Source: Iphione sp. A-MEVVRFRX5
Taxonomy: Eukaryota
Direction of reading: 5' to 3'
Assembly (NCBI GenBank): GCA_976226885.1
Contig: OZ320321.1
Location: forward strand, 73,966,001 to 74,030,000
Length of the DNA: 64,000 bases
This document shows, in pieces, positions 49,820-62,757 of this stretch. The position numbers and the translations under genes were made by a program. The stretch's first letter is position 1. Every line of letters starts with the position of its first letter. The notes beneath the pieces are model-generated. The model saw nothing but the letters and a program-made list of their open reading frames with translations, was not told the DNA's origin and made no database searches.

Positions 49820-49899
49820 CCACTTGTCACATAGAAATCATTCATCATATCCTCAAGCATTCATTGCATTTGCACTACTCCTTATGGAACCCTATAAGG

Positions 49900-51910
49900 C
49901 TATCTTCCTTCCCTATTTTTCACACATAGCTCTTACATTGAATCACAGAACACTTACTTAACATTCGTGCACATTTCACCCATTTGATTCTTGCCTGGTA
50001 TTCTGGCAATTTCTTGTACAGTTCTGTCTTAGGCCTTGGAACTACACTTTGCCTGAGACCAGATTGTCTTGTACGCCCCTCCCTGTCATAGCTACAGAGT
50101 GAGCCCACTGAACCAGCCTCCTTTCCCTGTGAGTTTCATAGTCTTTTCTTACCTGATTCCTATTAACTTTGTTATAACCATACCCACAGTTTATACCCTA
50201 GTCATCTTTGCATAGGTCCTGCACTTATCATTGCTGTTCACGACCAACATATAATCACCTACTGGCATAATCATTGTTCTGATTAGAGTCAGGACATACT
50301 TAGCCTCTAAAAATTTCCGAATTTTCCTAAAATATCCTAATCTTGCACACAATTTGCTAGTAACAAAACTGTTATTAGGGATCATTGTAAGATATTCATC
50401 AAATATCACACCAAGGTATTTTATCTGCGGTACAACTTCGATAACCTCCTTATTATTCAATTTTAATTCTGCTAACCTACCATGACAGGCCCTCCTATTT
50501 TGAAACACATTTCATCTTTCCCATGTTCATCATTATTTGGTATTCCTTTGTCCAGTCCTTGACTTTTTCAATCTTTTCCTTCATAGTAGCTAGCACTTTA
50601 TCTAAACTCTCCCTAACTACAACAATTGCTAAATCCTCGGCATACATAAAACACCTTTACCTATTCAACCTACTTGGTAAAGAATTTACAAAAATAATGA
50701 AGAAAAGTGGGCTCAATATTGAGGGGAACTCCACGTCTAAGGGAACCATATTCAGAAAAATACCTGTTACAGCGTACTCTCTGTTCCCTACTTGTCATAT
50801 ATTCTTTTACCACCTCATATTCCTCCCTGACAAGTTTAACTGTTCTAGTTACATTGATAAAATGCAATGGCTGACAGAATCAAATGCCTTTCCTAGATCT
50901 ACAAAAGTGGCCACTACACTTTCTCTCATTCAAGCCCCGGTGTATCACATTTAACAAGACCATAACTGTTTTCTCTGTTGAATATTTTTTCCTAAAGCAA
51001 TATTGTGATTTACTTAAAATTGCATTATCTTCAAGGTAACTATATATTATATTGTGGACTATACATTCTTGAATTTTACCAGTAATGTCCAATGTTACCT
51101 GACTCTGCTACCATGTTGCTGGAATTGCTTCCTCTTCGAAACTGCAATTTATGATCTCCCTTAGTACATCCAAACTTTTAAGATACAATCCCTTAACCAA
51201 TTTTGAAGGTAAGTCAGAAATCATTGATGGTTTACTATTTTTACACTGCTTAATTGCATGGGGTGGGGGAGTTAGCTCAGTGGTAGAGCACTGGTCCACT
51301 GATTGGAAGGTCACAGGTTCAATCCCGGGCTTGGGACTTTTGATCACGACCAGACAGATTTACTGTAGCCCCAACCCAGAGTGGTCCACAACTCGTAAAA
51401 ACGCCGTGGGTGTATAGGATTCTGTCCCCTATGCACAAAAAGACCCCAGAAACCTATTCGAAATAAGAGTAGGGGGCAACCCCGGGTATTCTGGTCTCTC
51501 AATTCTCAACAATAGATGGTAGTGTGCTACCCCAGGAGGATATGTAAGAGCTCTGTCATGTGATAGAGAATATCTAGTTGGTGGTTGAAGATACAATGAA
51601 ATAATTGCATCAATGATGTCTTTCCTAGTAGCATAAAAATCTGCCAATTGAGCATTAGTATATCATATTCTAGGGGCTGTTACCATCAACATTTCACCAC
51701 CTAGCTGTTTACGAATATCCCTCCTAGTGCTAAGAAAACGCTGGTTTAGAACCTGTTATGCAGCTTCCTAATAGCCCATCTACCAGGAGGTGTCACAATA
51801 CCTGTACATGAGTAAAATGCCCCTTTATGCCACCTATCTTCAAACATAGGTGTATTGGGGCTGCCAATATATGATCATATCCAAGGTCTCCTTATGCCCT
51901 TGTATTATTA
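49900..51910 (-). mobile_element. Decayed L2/CR1 ORF2 fragment (linker + RT + C-terminus), interrupted by a SINE
   Basis: SDLPSKL...AIPATW, ILSKSQYCFRK, GVP, YAED (plus strand atcctcggcata), IKYLGVIFD and RTRQSG...LYKKLPEY. Confidence 0.8.
51266..51645 (+). mobile_element. tRNA-derived SINE
   Basis: A box TAGCTCAGTGG (51273) and B box GGTTCAATCC (~51316), followed by a non-tRNA body. The L2 ORF2 reading frame resumes on both sides. Confidence 0.75.
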
Positions 51911-52749
51911 ACCAGAAACTATACATATTTTGCCAGATATCCATTAATTTTTATTGAAGGGCAGAAAAAAGAAAAAAAAGGCTTTATGTAATGAGAAGGT
52001 ATTCTTAATTTAATAGTATCATTGAAATATCAAATGTTGTCATTATTCTTCTGTGATGAATATGAGATTTGTTAGAGAGCAATAATTATATTAGTTACTC
52101 ACTTGTTATTTGATAACTGCGGTACATCAGGCTTTCATCACTGTAAACCTTTCAGATTATGAAAACTATGCCCATATATGTACATGTACTACATACAATT
52201 ATACATTATTGGCCTCTCGCCATAATAATTACTCCATGTAAAATTTGACTAGTTTATCAAGACATGCAATTTGAATTTATTAAGACATCTACAATAAAAT
52301 AAGTGCTCAATTACTATCCTCCAACCATAACATCACTCTCCCTCAGCATGAACACTAACCCCCCTTCCCCCTGCCCTTGACCACTCTACTGTCTCTCCCA
52401 CCTGCCGTCAACATCAACACAAGCAATCTGAAGAGAGAAATGATATAGTTTCAATGTGTTGCTAATACTGTATTAGTAGGTAAAGTACAAACTTCACTGA
52501 ATGGTCTTCCTGAAGAGAATGAAATATTCATTAGAACATTATCTGTTTAATTACAGAGTTCTTCATGTTGAAAACATTATATTAAGGTGGCCTTCACTAC
52601 AGTCTTTCTTCTTATGCATTAATATTTTGTATACATTACATCAATGAACAAGGCTATCCAGAGAAATAAAAAGATCATTTTACCTCTAATATTAGCCTGG
52701 CAAATTTCTTCTTTTTTTTGCCTACTGAAAATAATACAGTACCCTATTC

Positions 52750-55533
52750 ACTGCTCTGCAGTATCCCCTTGAAGAATTCCCATATGGATTGTACAAGGGG
52801 CAGTGCACCATTTGTGGTGCAGTTGAGGTTTGTTTCACAGACTGCATGATATTCTCCATCATTTTTTTATATTATTGATAGAAAAAATAAGTTGAATAAA
52901 CAAATTCATATAACAATAATGAACAAAAACAGTAGCATATTGTTTACTGGGCAATTTAACTAGGTGGAAAACTGGTTGTTTAGGGTACTTAATCTCATCT
53001 CAGTCATTTCTGTATGTGATTTAATATAAAAGCAATTCCAAAATATGACAACCTTGAAGATGCAGATGCTTTTGTTTAGTCCCTATGGTCCCTATGGTTG
53101 TTGCTTAGCCTAGCATTATTATCATGATAGTCTATGCATTTCGGATTGCACAAAGGTAACATACATCGTTCTTTGAATATGCACTGCTCTTTCCACATTG
53201 GTGCAGTCAGGCATGGTGCTTTGTACTGCTCTGGCCAGAGAAGCGTTCTCAACTTCACTGAATGCGGTCTCCAAATCTGTGGCTAATTGCTTGATGTCCT
53301 CTATAAAAATACTGAAGAGATGTGCTTTATTATTGTTGTAAACATGTCATAGATCAGAAATAGGAAGAAAATATATCTCATACACTTGTTATTTAAGGCA
53401 AATTTTGTAGTTTTGCTTCATTCATTCACTACCCTATGTGAGATTGCATAATTCCTTCATTACATGAAAATATGCATTCTGATTTTCATAATTAGAACCA
53501 TACCTGGATAAAGTCCAAAAAGTGGGAGACCATTTCCCCTGTGGTTTTCTCTACAGCAGTGAGGTCCAGACGAGGCTGTGGATGCGCTTAATTCCCAGCA
53601 CCAGTAGATGCATGTGGCCCAGTCGTAGGGCTTCTTGCACAACCAAAAGGGGCCAGTTGGTGGGTGGCCCCATCCAACTGAGGAGCATGGCCCCGCTGAT
53701 GTTATAGGCCGTTGTCTTTTCCTTTTTGCTCCTTTTCAGAGGGAGTCTGGATTCCACATTGATGAGACCTGATATTATTTCAAAATTTCACTTTGAGACT
53801 GAAATATTCAGTTAACCATCATCATATAGCCAGGGGGCCTAAGGACACCTTCCTCATGTAAAGAGGGGGCCTAGGGACACCCACCTGAGATATTAGGGGG
53901 GCCAAATTCTCTATTTTGGTGTCACAAATGGTCAATGGAAAGGATCAGTTTGAATATCAATTCCGGGTGCACTTATTACTTTCATGAATTACTAGACCTA
54001 TACAGTGAAAAGTGCAATTTATGTACCTGCTTGAAAAAGAGCAGCAAGTGAAAGAATATATACTTATAAAAGTAGTAATTCAAGATCATTTAATTAAAAC
54101 AGTGTATTATAATTACCATCCTTTTCCCGATCTGCTGAAGTAGCCAGGGTAGTCTCCTGTGGCTGGGTAACTGTTTTGGGAAGAGTCAAAATGGTCTCTC
54201 CTTCAGCTGTTTGTGATGTTACCATGGTTACAACCTATGGAACAATCAGCAAGACTGTAAACTGAGATGATTCATTCATTACAGAGTGTTTGTTGGCAAC
54301 AAAAAATAATATTTCCCTTTGATATATGATTGATGTTACATTTTTAGGTAAATTTTACTTGGTTGCCATGGTTACCATTAAATAATTCATTTGTATCAGA
54401 AATTGAAACACTTGTGCTTCCTAAATCATAATGAGATATCTTATTTAATAGATGCATATAGGTAAATAGCCACAATTTAGGGTTGAATGCAACCACTCTC
54501 ATGACTGAAAGCAGTCATTTTGCCATATGCTGTATTTTGGACTGATGTCAAAAAAAGATGGTACTTATCCTTTTTTGTTGACCCCATGTGACCTATGATA
54601 GATGTTACTATGGTAACCAGTATATCAAAATATTGATCTGTGCTTATATTAGTGTTTTGTGTCATTGCAAAGTAAATTCATGTCAACTACATATATAAAA
54701 TGGCAGTCTATTTACCATGGTAACCAAAAATTTCCAAAATTTTCATTTTTGGAAAATTGATGAAATATGCTTTTCAATGATATATGACTTATTACTTTAG
54801 TCTTGGAAAAAGGTTTTGAAAGCCATCCAGCAAAAAGGTACTGAATTCTGGGAGAATTAGCCCAGGAATTCAGTGGTGAGAAGGTTAAATAGGATGCGCT
54901 AATTACTTTCAGAAATGACTAGACTTAAACAGTGAAAAATGCAATTTATAACCTTCATGAAAAAGAGTAATGAGTACAAGAATATTTACTTACAAAAAGG
55001 GGTAATGTGCGACCAGTTACTTGGTATTACAATTACCATCCTGCTCCTGTCTCACTTCATCCCAACCTCTTGAGATGGCCAGGGTGGTCTCCTTTGGCTG
55101 GGTGACTGTTTTGGGAAGAATTAAGATTAAGACTTTTGCTGAAACTTGCATAGAAAACATCAGTTTCAAAATCAATTCCTGGTGCAGTAAGGCCTAAGTA
55201 TACCCATCTCTTATACAGGGGACATCACAGTGCTGTCATATGTAAAAACAGATAGTAAATAAATTTCACAAAATATAGACAGACATAAGAATTGGCATAC
55301 AAGACACATTATTGATATAAAAAAAATCAGGTTTCCCTGTTGTGTTAAGTGTGTCATGGACTTGGTTAGTTCACAATATAGTAATTATTAATCTTAAAAC
55401 AAAGCAGTCCAGACAGAGGGTGAAATTGATGAAGATCCTGTTGGATGTCTTTCCATTGGATAGGACACAATAAAATTAACTCCATTTTTCTTGGCCTCTT
55501 TCAATGTTGCACAGGTTGGTCTCATGTTGATCT
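52750..55533 (-). pseudogene. Unassigned multi-exon gene relic (includes a duplicated exon)
   Basis: GT-AG-bounded segments, e.g. 53768-53504, ~53300-53163 (DIKQLATDLETAFSEVENASLARAVQ) and ~54232-54118. The LPKTVTQP(Q/K)ETTLA exon occurs at ~54150 and ~55080. Confidence 0.35.
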
Positions 55534-55724
55534 GTAGGAAAAAAACAAGGATGACAAACATATGTAATTTAAGGTCTTTGAAAATACATTCATACGTAAT
55601 CCATTGATGACATGCCAATTAATAAACGAATCATTGTGTAAAGGGAATATCCCGTATGACAGTAAGTATCTATGCCTACACATGTAGTTTTATATCTAAA
55701 TAAAATAGTAATCAGAAATATAGT

Positions 55725-55860
55725 GCCAGAGGCGAGAGTGAGATAGAGGGAGAGAAAAGAGAGGAAGAGAGAGGGGGAGGGAAACAGAGAGAGGGAGGCA
55801 GATAGAAAGAAAGAGGCAGAGATAGGGGTTAACGCGAAGTGAGGGAAGGAGGGAGGAAGG
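55725..55860. repeat. GA-rich low-complexity tract
   Basis: Purine-rich run on the plus strand. Confidence 0.7.
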
Positions 55861-57249
55861 GCCGAGTCAGTGTACTAAAAGATTCCTTGCTCCACATCTC
55901 ATTGTTCCATTTTGATGCAATAACCACCATTACAATGCTAAGGGTCTGCTCTTTTGCTATTCCAGAGAAGCAGCAGGGTCACGGCCGAGCGAGATAGGTG
56001 GAGGGGTAGGTGTACTAAAATATTTCTTGCTCCACTCCTAATTGTCCGATTATACAAGTATGTAGGACTAATATAAATGCATTAAAATGATGAACAGATT
56101 TGCCAACCAGAGAGTGGCAGGGTAACGGCCAAGCGAGGCAGGTGGTGTAAATTATGTAGTGATCAGATTTTTTCTAAGAAATATAAACTGCATGTGCACA
56201 TAATGTCTTTCATTACCTTCCTCAGAATTCTAACTTTTGAATGTATGTCAAACAAAATCGGAGCAGTACTAATTAAACAGTCAGCATAAAGGTTTACTTC
56301 TGGCAGCAAACTGGTTTGTTGACAAGTGGTTCGAAATCAACCACAACCACTGCGCAGCATTCTGGAAAATCACACACAACCGCGCCTCTTGTATATTCGT
56401 GTGCACTTCATGGGGGGGGGGGGGGGCTTAGGCCCCCATTCAAGATACAAAACCGGGTCCAGCGAGAGAACACAGCATGTTAGTGAATTAAATTTCAAAA
56501 ATAGTCCATTTCCTGCGTTTCCTGCATGATCTAGCAACTATGGAAATGTCCTAATATGATATTAAGCCAAACACAAGCATAATATCCGCTTCTTGGCCAG
56601 CCTCCGAGCGATCTAGACACGTCTATCCTGTAGCGCGGTCGTGTACATGTACCTGGCTGGTGCTGGATTTCAATACAGTTCAATGTGTCAATGTGATGTT
56701 TGGACTAATGAATTGATGAAAACAGTTACATATATCTATATATATATATACAGATTTGGCACCTCTCCTGTGTACATTAGATTAATGATATATGAAAGAT
56801 GATTTAAATTAAGTCATATCTTGCTACATTTTGCATCATACCCATACTAAGTCGAATTTAAGGATCCTGTTAAGGGTTTTGTTACTTTATGCCAGTCTAC
56901 ATGACTAAGATCAGGGTCTCCTACCATTTCTCCAACTATATTCTTAAATGCTCGATGAGGAAAGTGGCTGTGCCCCATTCCCTTGGTTACATTTGCATAC
57001 ATATGATGGTAAAACACGACTCATGGCCAGCGACACAATGCCCCATGGTCCTGCGTCTGTGTATTTGATACAGTACATTATTTTGCATACAGTTCTTGCA
57101 CATATCACCATCTATGGTATTTTGAGATTTTCCAGGAATTCTCTACCATATTTCTTAACAAATTTATTGAACTCTTGCGTCTCATAATGAGACACCCTGT
57201 TGTTTACTCGTTGCCATAGCAGAAAGCAGGTAAATTGTGTAGTGGTACC

Positions 57250-57750
57250 ATTATGCTGCATTTCCAGTCATCTACTGATGAAGCTGTTGTTTATAAGTTC
57301 AGGCACATTGTCAATGCATTTAAGAAATACTTCTTCAACAAGCTTGCTTGGGATGTCTCCTATGCAGGATGCTTTCGACACTGACAGGTGTCTACGAATT
57401 TTGCAAGCTGGGGACCATTGTTCTTTTCACTCCTAGGCCTAATATCTTCCACAGCACCAAGTTGTTGTCTGATCTTCATCCCAATCGATGTGAAAAAATA
57501 ATTCAGGAAGTCAGGAACTTTTTCCTCATTTATGTAATGACTTTACTCCATCAGATTTATCGTGCCAGTCTTGGCAAAGCCAAGGTTATTCTTTATATGG
57601 GACCAATAGGAATTTGGGGTTGCGGTCAGCTCATCTGCTTCATGTACAATGTATTGTTTTTCCTTCTCTCTGACAGGTTTTACCACCTGCCTTCTTGCTA
57701 TTCTACATTTTAACCAATCTTCTACCTCGTTTCCTATTTTTGCAATACTA
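57250..57750 (-). pseudogene. Decayed L2/CR1 ORF2 linker fragment
   Basis: Manual: PNSYWSHIKNNLG...FLNYFFTSIGMKIRQQLG and SKASCIGDIPSKLVEEVF. Confidence 0.6.
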
Positions 57751-57843
57751 TACGAATAGAGAATTCATGCTTGAATATATACTTCTTTAAAATGATAATT
57801 ATAATTATGGATAAAAGCTATGAGATAAAATAGGCCCAAGATT

Positions 57844-58757
57844 TCATGTAAGTAATGAAGAGATAAGGGTCTCAGAGACGTTTGTGGCATTGGACATAGC
57901 AAGGTACGCTTGATAAGCATCTGAGGTCCAGGTGCCAAAGTCCTTGATGCCTTGTACATCGCATCCCTGTTCGTAGGCCATTGTAGCCGCTGAACGTCTA
58001 AGGCTGTGAAGAGACAGGGCAGTAGTATCAAGACCAGCAGATGCAGCAAGGTGAAGGACAGCTTTGGAGAGCCATGACGAGGTCACAGGATCAGATGTCC
58101 TGGGCCAGGTGAAGTGGAGCTGTCGGGCGTGACACGGGGTACGCCCTAGTGTACAAATTGAAGGGAGCCATGGGACACAGGACCGGATCGGGCGAGGCTG
58201 GCAGAGTGACGGCTCTCTCTTGGTTGTATTTTTGTTGCGTTTTCGACCACTTCTGGAGGAGACGAAGCATTCCATTAGAAACTGGCACATCAGCACGAGT
58301 AAGATGGAGCGAAGGGTTCTCAGCACCACCTCAGACTGCCTGAAACCAGCATAAAACATTAATAGTACAGCCAACCTGATAACAAGGCCATGGGGCACAG
58401 ACACAGTAGCATAAAGCAGTCTTCTCAATTCAACAGTCTCTTCCTAGTCATGATGTGCTGTTTGCAGCGATGAATGGCGTCCAGGGCAAGTGCTACAGGT
58501 CGAGAGGTCCAGGCGGAAACGCCTTGGTCTCTCGATTCACGGACAATGGACACTGAATTCATCACTGACGCTGGGCTGTTCAAGAAATGGTGCACGTATC
58601 GGACGTACATACAGACTTGTAGTATAGTCGGTTGGAGTGGTTGTATGCTAAAGCGATGACAAAAGGCTAGATACTTGGAAGCTGCCACCTTCCTATTGGA
58701 CATCGTCCCCGGAGAACGGGCTTGTTTGACCAGTTGTGATGCACATGCTACCAGCCA
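57844..58757 (-). pseudogene. Tyrosine recombinase (SAM-like N-domain + catalytic domain)
   Basis: ARSPGTMSNRKVAASKYLAFC, FYAGFRQSEV, LSLHSLRRSAA and FGTWTSDAYQAY. Frameshifts are present. Confidence 0.85.
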
Positions 58758-58928
58758 CAGGCCCGTAGCCAGGTAGTTTTCTGGGGGGTATCGGACGATA
58801 CCCCCAATAACCCAGAGGTGGAACTAATTTGCATTTACCCCTATCAAGGCCTATAGTACTTTTATAGTCATGACTGTCTATGGGGGGTATCGGACGATAC
58901 CCCCCTTACCCCCTTGGCTACGGGCCTG
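58758..58928. mobile_element. 171-bp MITE with 14-bp TIRs (CAGGCCCGTAGCCA) and 5-bp TSD (AGCCA)
   Basis: Perfect TIRs at 58758-58771 and 58915-58928. AGCCA at 58753-58757 and 58929-58933. Removing the element plus one TSD (176 bp) restores the YR N-terminal frame. Confidence 0.9.
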
Positions 58929-58933
58929 AGCCA

Positions 58934-59400
58934 TGACGAGACAGGATCTGAAGTCAAAGAAGAGGACAGAGTGAATCGATCGCCGTGACTGGGCAAATTT
59001 GTACTTGTCACTGACTTAACACCTTGACAGAGCGTCCGCCAACACCATGTCTTTGCCTGCACATGCACGAACAACAGTTGTACCTGACGCTGGGCCTGGA
59101 GGAGCAATAACGAGCAGGCACACCGAAGGAACATTGGGTCCCGCCCATGGCCCGAATGAAACGTTTCCACCACTGGCATGTTGTCCCACTTTATCCTGAC
59201 CACACAGCCCGCCTCTTTCTCCGTGACAAAGGCGGTGGCTGCAACCGTGCAGAGGTACTTGTCACCTGGAATTCTCCTTCTAGTTGCTAAGAGATCATTC
59301 AGCGTTGGTAGGGAATGGTTACGTACAATACCCAATACCATGTTTCGGCCAATATAAGCATTGACAGAGCAATCATCACACGTCGATCGTGTTTGGTCTA
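58934..59400 (-). pseudogene. DIRS-type RNase H domain
   Basis: IKWDNMPVVETFHSGHGRDPMFLRCA and, after a frameshift, HV-GKDMVLADALSR. Confidence 0.7.
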
Positions 59401-59485
59401 GTCATCAGTGGCGAGACCTGAAACCACTCATTGAATGGAGGTCTGTGTCGCCAGTAGAAATTTCACCGAGGAGAGGGACAGTTCC

Positions 59486-61050
59486 TTGATTTGATTTGAT
59501 TTGCTTTATTGTCTCTTCTCACAGTACAATGAGGTGTTAATTCGACAGTCGTTGGTGGTAAAACAATTCATGTGATACAGATATTTGTTGGAACGTTTAA
59601 GCTATAGGCCTGATCTGCTTGGGAAATGCTTAAGGATATGTTTTACTTTAATTTTGTGTTGTTCCTGTAGCGTTAATGGAATCTTATTCCAAAGGGAGAT
59701 TCCTTTATAAAGAAAACTATTTTTAAATAAAGCAGTCCTTGGACGATTAAGTTTCAGTTGGGTCAATTGTCCACGCCTTGTTCTTCGTGTCTTCACCTTT
59801 TCTAGTAGACCCAAGTGGTTGAGCCTATGGATTAATAATACACATCTTATTAGTGACAGGTCTTGCAATCTAGACATAGATAATTTTTTCATTAACAATG
59901 TTACAGAAACGTCTCTTTTGCTTTTTCCCTTTAACAGGACTCTTCTTAGACAGTTGTTGAATTCAATTTGTAATTGTTGAAGGGCCTTTTTGGTTGTGCC
60001 AATAATAAAGGATAACCCGTAGTGAAACAGTGGTTCTATAAAACTCTTAAAGATATGAGTTCTAACTTTAAAAGATAAGTTTGTTGATAGTTTGGATAGC
60101 ATGATACTCAGGACTACTCCTTGCTACCCTTTTCATGTCTTGAATATGAGGTATCCATGATAGCCTTTTATCAAGTCTGAAGCCCAGCAATTTGGGACTG
60201 TCATCCTTTTATAATCTCTTGTTGTTTAAGTACAGGTCCAATTCAAACCCACCACTCTTCCCTAGTCCCATATAGACCGATTTCTCTTCATTTATTTTCA
60301 ATCCATTCTTTGAGGCCCATAACGATATTTCTTTTAGACTCTGCTGGAGTTTTAATCTTAGAGTTAGTATACTACTGGCTGCAGAGCACAGAGTGGCATC
60401 ATCTGCATAGAGGATGACATCCGACATCTTAATATTGTTTGAAAGGTCATTTATTAATATAGCAAATAGGAGGGGCCCCAAGATACTACCTTGGGGGACC
60501 CCCCTATGGATTTCTTTTAGGATGATAGGGTGCTGTTGCAGTTCACATATTGCTGTCTATTAGACAAGTACGATCTGAAGAAATCTATTTGTTTTGATCC
60601 CAGTCCCAGATGTATTAATTTGTGTAATAAAATCTGGTGATTGACTACATTGAAAGCTTTTCAAAAATCGATGAGGATAATACCAAAATGTCTTTTGCTA
60701 TCGATGGCCTCATATGCTTTCATCAGTTCAGTTGCCACCACTGTGTCTGTCCCTCTTTGTTTTCGAAATCCATGTTGGCATTGTGACATTAGGTTGTTTT
60801 TGAGTAAATAAGTAGTTAACTGGTCATATATCAACCTCTCCAATAATTTACCCACTACTGAGAGGATAGAAATTGGCCTATAGTTCTTCTTGTCTGCACT
60901 ATTTCCTTTCTTGGGGATGGGTGTTATTCGTGCTATCTTCCAGCAATGTAGGAAGATTCCTTTGGTTATGCATATGTTGAAAATATCTCAATTCCTCAAT
61001 GAGGTATTGTAATGAATCAATAACTACTCTCGTTGGACCGTGATTACGTG
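59486..61050 (-). mobile_element. 5'-truncated L2/CR1 fragment inserted in the DIRS pol
   Basis: WKIARITPIPKKG...NYRPIS, GVPQG, LYADD and SFLYKGISLWNKIP. AATAAA + (AAATC)n tail at 59510-59486. Confidence 0.85.
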
Positions 61051-62757
61051 ATTCCTTACCGTGATTATGTCGGAGGCGGGGCCTGAATATCCTAAAGGGA
61101 AGCCAAAGGTGAGTAGATCGAGCAGTTGGGTGTCTGTACTTATCGTTTTTGAGATACTTGGCCCAAGCTTGTAAATTAATGTTTGTAGGGATAGGTATTT
61201 TTGCGGCCATCATTTCTTACTGCCGTGTATATTTTTGCAAGATGTGGTGGACAACAAGTTTATGTTAGGGTAAGGCCAGTTCCTTGCACGATGTCGTGCT
61301 AATTGTAAGAACGTACATATATCAGAGAGATCCCTATCTTCTGATTCGCATGACTATTTTATTGCTTGAAAGTTAATATCAAGGTCAGTATTGGCAGACA
61401 CTTCCAGGATGACGGGCAAGCTTGGATCTTGGATGTGGGCCTGCCTCTAGTCGTTTTTTGCTGTGGTCTTACCATATGTGGAATGAAGGTGGCCTTGTTG
61501 TTGGAGATGATGTTGTGGGCGGGGCGGCTGTTGTTGATGCGTGGCTGTAGGGGTGTTAGGTTGCTCTTGTCCCAGAGCCTCAGACCTTTTCCCACAAGCC
61601 TGACTAGTGTGTTGGTGGCGGGCTCCGTTCAAAGCAAAACAGTACATGCATATGTGTGAAAAACGGATTGCATTGTCAAGGTGGGCGTCGCTTTTGATTT
61701 TACATGAATTATAATTGAATTGTGGGCATGGTACATCTGTTACTTTGATCTCAGGTGCACTTGTCATGGCCATAAGGCATTCGTACTTAATTACGTCTGT
61801 ATCCTGCCAGGTGATCTCATTGCGTTCTATCATATCAAAGATTAGATTTGTCCAACTATGGACTTAAGGCCATGGTTTCTTCTGGGCATCTTGAGTGATA
61901 TTGTACAAGTGCTCGTAGAGGAAAGGCGTCCAACTATGGACTTGAGGCCATGGTTTCTTCTGGGCATTTTGAGTGATATTGTACAAGTGCTCGTAGAGGA
62001 AAGGCCTATCCGCCGGGGAAATTGCCTTTTCGTCTCGGAGCATAGCGAGGTAGACGGGGACAAACTCAGAATCTGACATCTTGTCATGATACGTTGTTTT
62101 GGCGTGTTGATTATGCAGATACATATGGGGTTTGGTAATTAGGTGCCTGATACATATATAATGATTACCTAGTGTGTCGTTCACCTGTTGGAGCCACGGG
62201 GCGTTTGTGTCTAAATAACTGTCAATGTAACACTGCAGTTATTTAGACGCGAATGCTAGGCCGCGTCTCAATTCAGCAGGGGAAGGGACGTGAACAGGCT
62301 GCATATTGTTAGTAGTTTGAGATGTTGCTGCAAATGGAACTGTGTTACGAACAAGATCTGTGCCTTGGCCTAAATTTTGAAATTGTAAGGTTGGCTGTAC
62401 GGTACCTTGGACGCTCGTAACTGGTGGTTGTACGTTGAGGTTGGACTCAGTTGTTTGAGTAGCCGGCTGCTGGTGACTTGTCTGCACCATGCCTGGTGGG
62501 TTTGGTGTTTGGTCTGCCACGTGGTACCCATCTGAAGTACCGGCCGGCTGTGCTGCTGTGACCATAGCTGACAGGGCGAGGATATGGCTCTTGATTTTCC
62601 CCATCTGTGCGACTGTTTTCTCAAACCGTTCGAGTCTATCTGTGACCTTGCCTTTGGGTGGTGGCTTGTCCTGTTTTGCCGGCGGCTGGACCATATTTTG
62701 AGCTTCTTCGTCCGTAAGCTGCGAGGCCATGTTGAACAAGTGTATCAGCAGGTCCAA
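61050..62757 (-). pseudogene. gag and RT N-terminus of the Ngaro-like element
   Basis: ORFs 62239-62757, 61864-62184, 61447-61833 (zinc fingers) and 60899-61213. Confidence 0.7.
61850..62005. repeat. 78-bp (26-codon) tandem duplication in gag
   Basis: GTCCAACTATGGACTT...GAGGAAAGGC occurs at 61850 and 61928. Confidence 0.9.

Larger units (their letters stand above)
57844..62757 (-). mobile_element. DIRS-order (Ngaro-like) retrotransposon: gag - RT/RNase H - YR, interrupted by an L2 fragment and a MITE
   Basis: gag with C-terminal CPQFN...C...H-IC-MYC...H...C zinc fingers, RT start (INLQAWAKYL...NHG), RNase H and YR in the expected order. Terminal repeats were not identified. Confidence 0.85.

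Noticed and set aside
51266-51335. Functional tRNA gene
   Set aside because: The acceptor and anticodon arms do not form a canonical cloverleaf, and the sequence continues into a SINE-like body inside an L2.
53504-53768. hAT dimerisation domain (VESRLPLKR...MLLSWMGPP)
   Set aside because: Only a loose resemblance, the frame is ambiguous and no other hAT motifs were found.
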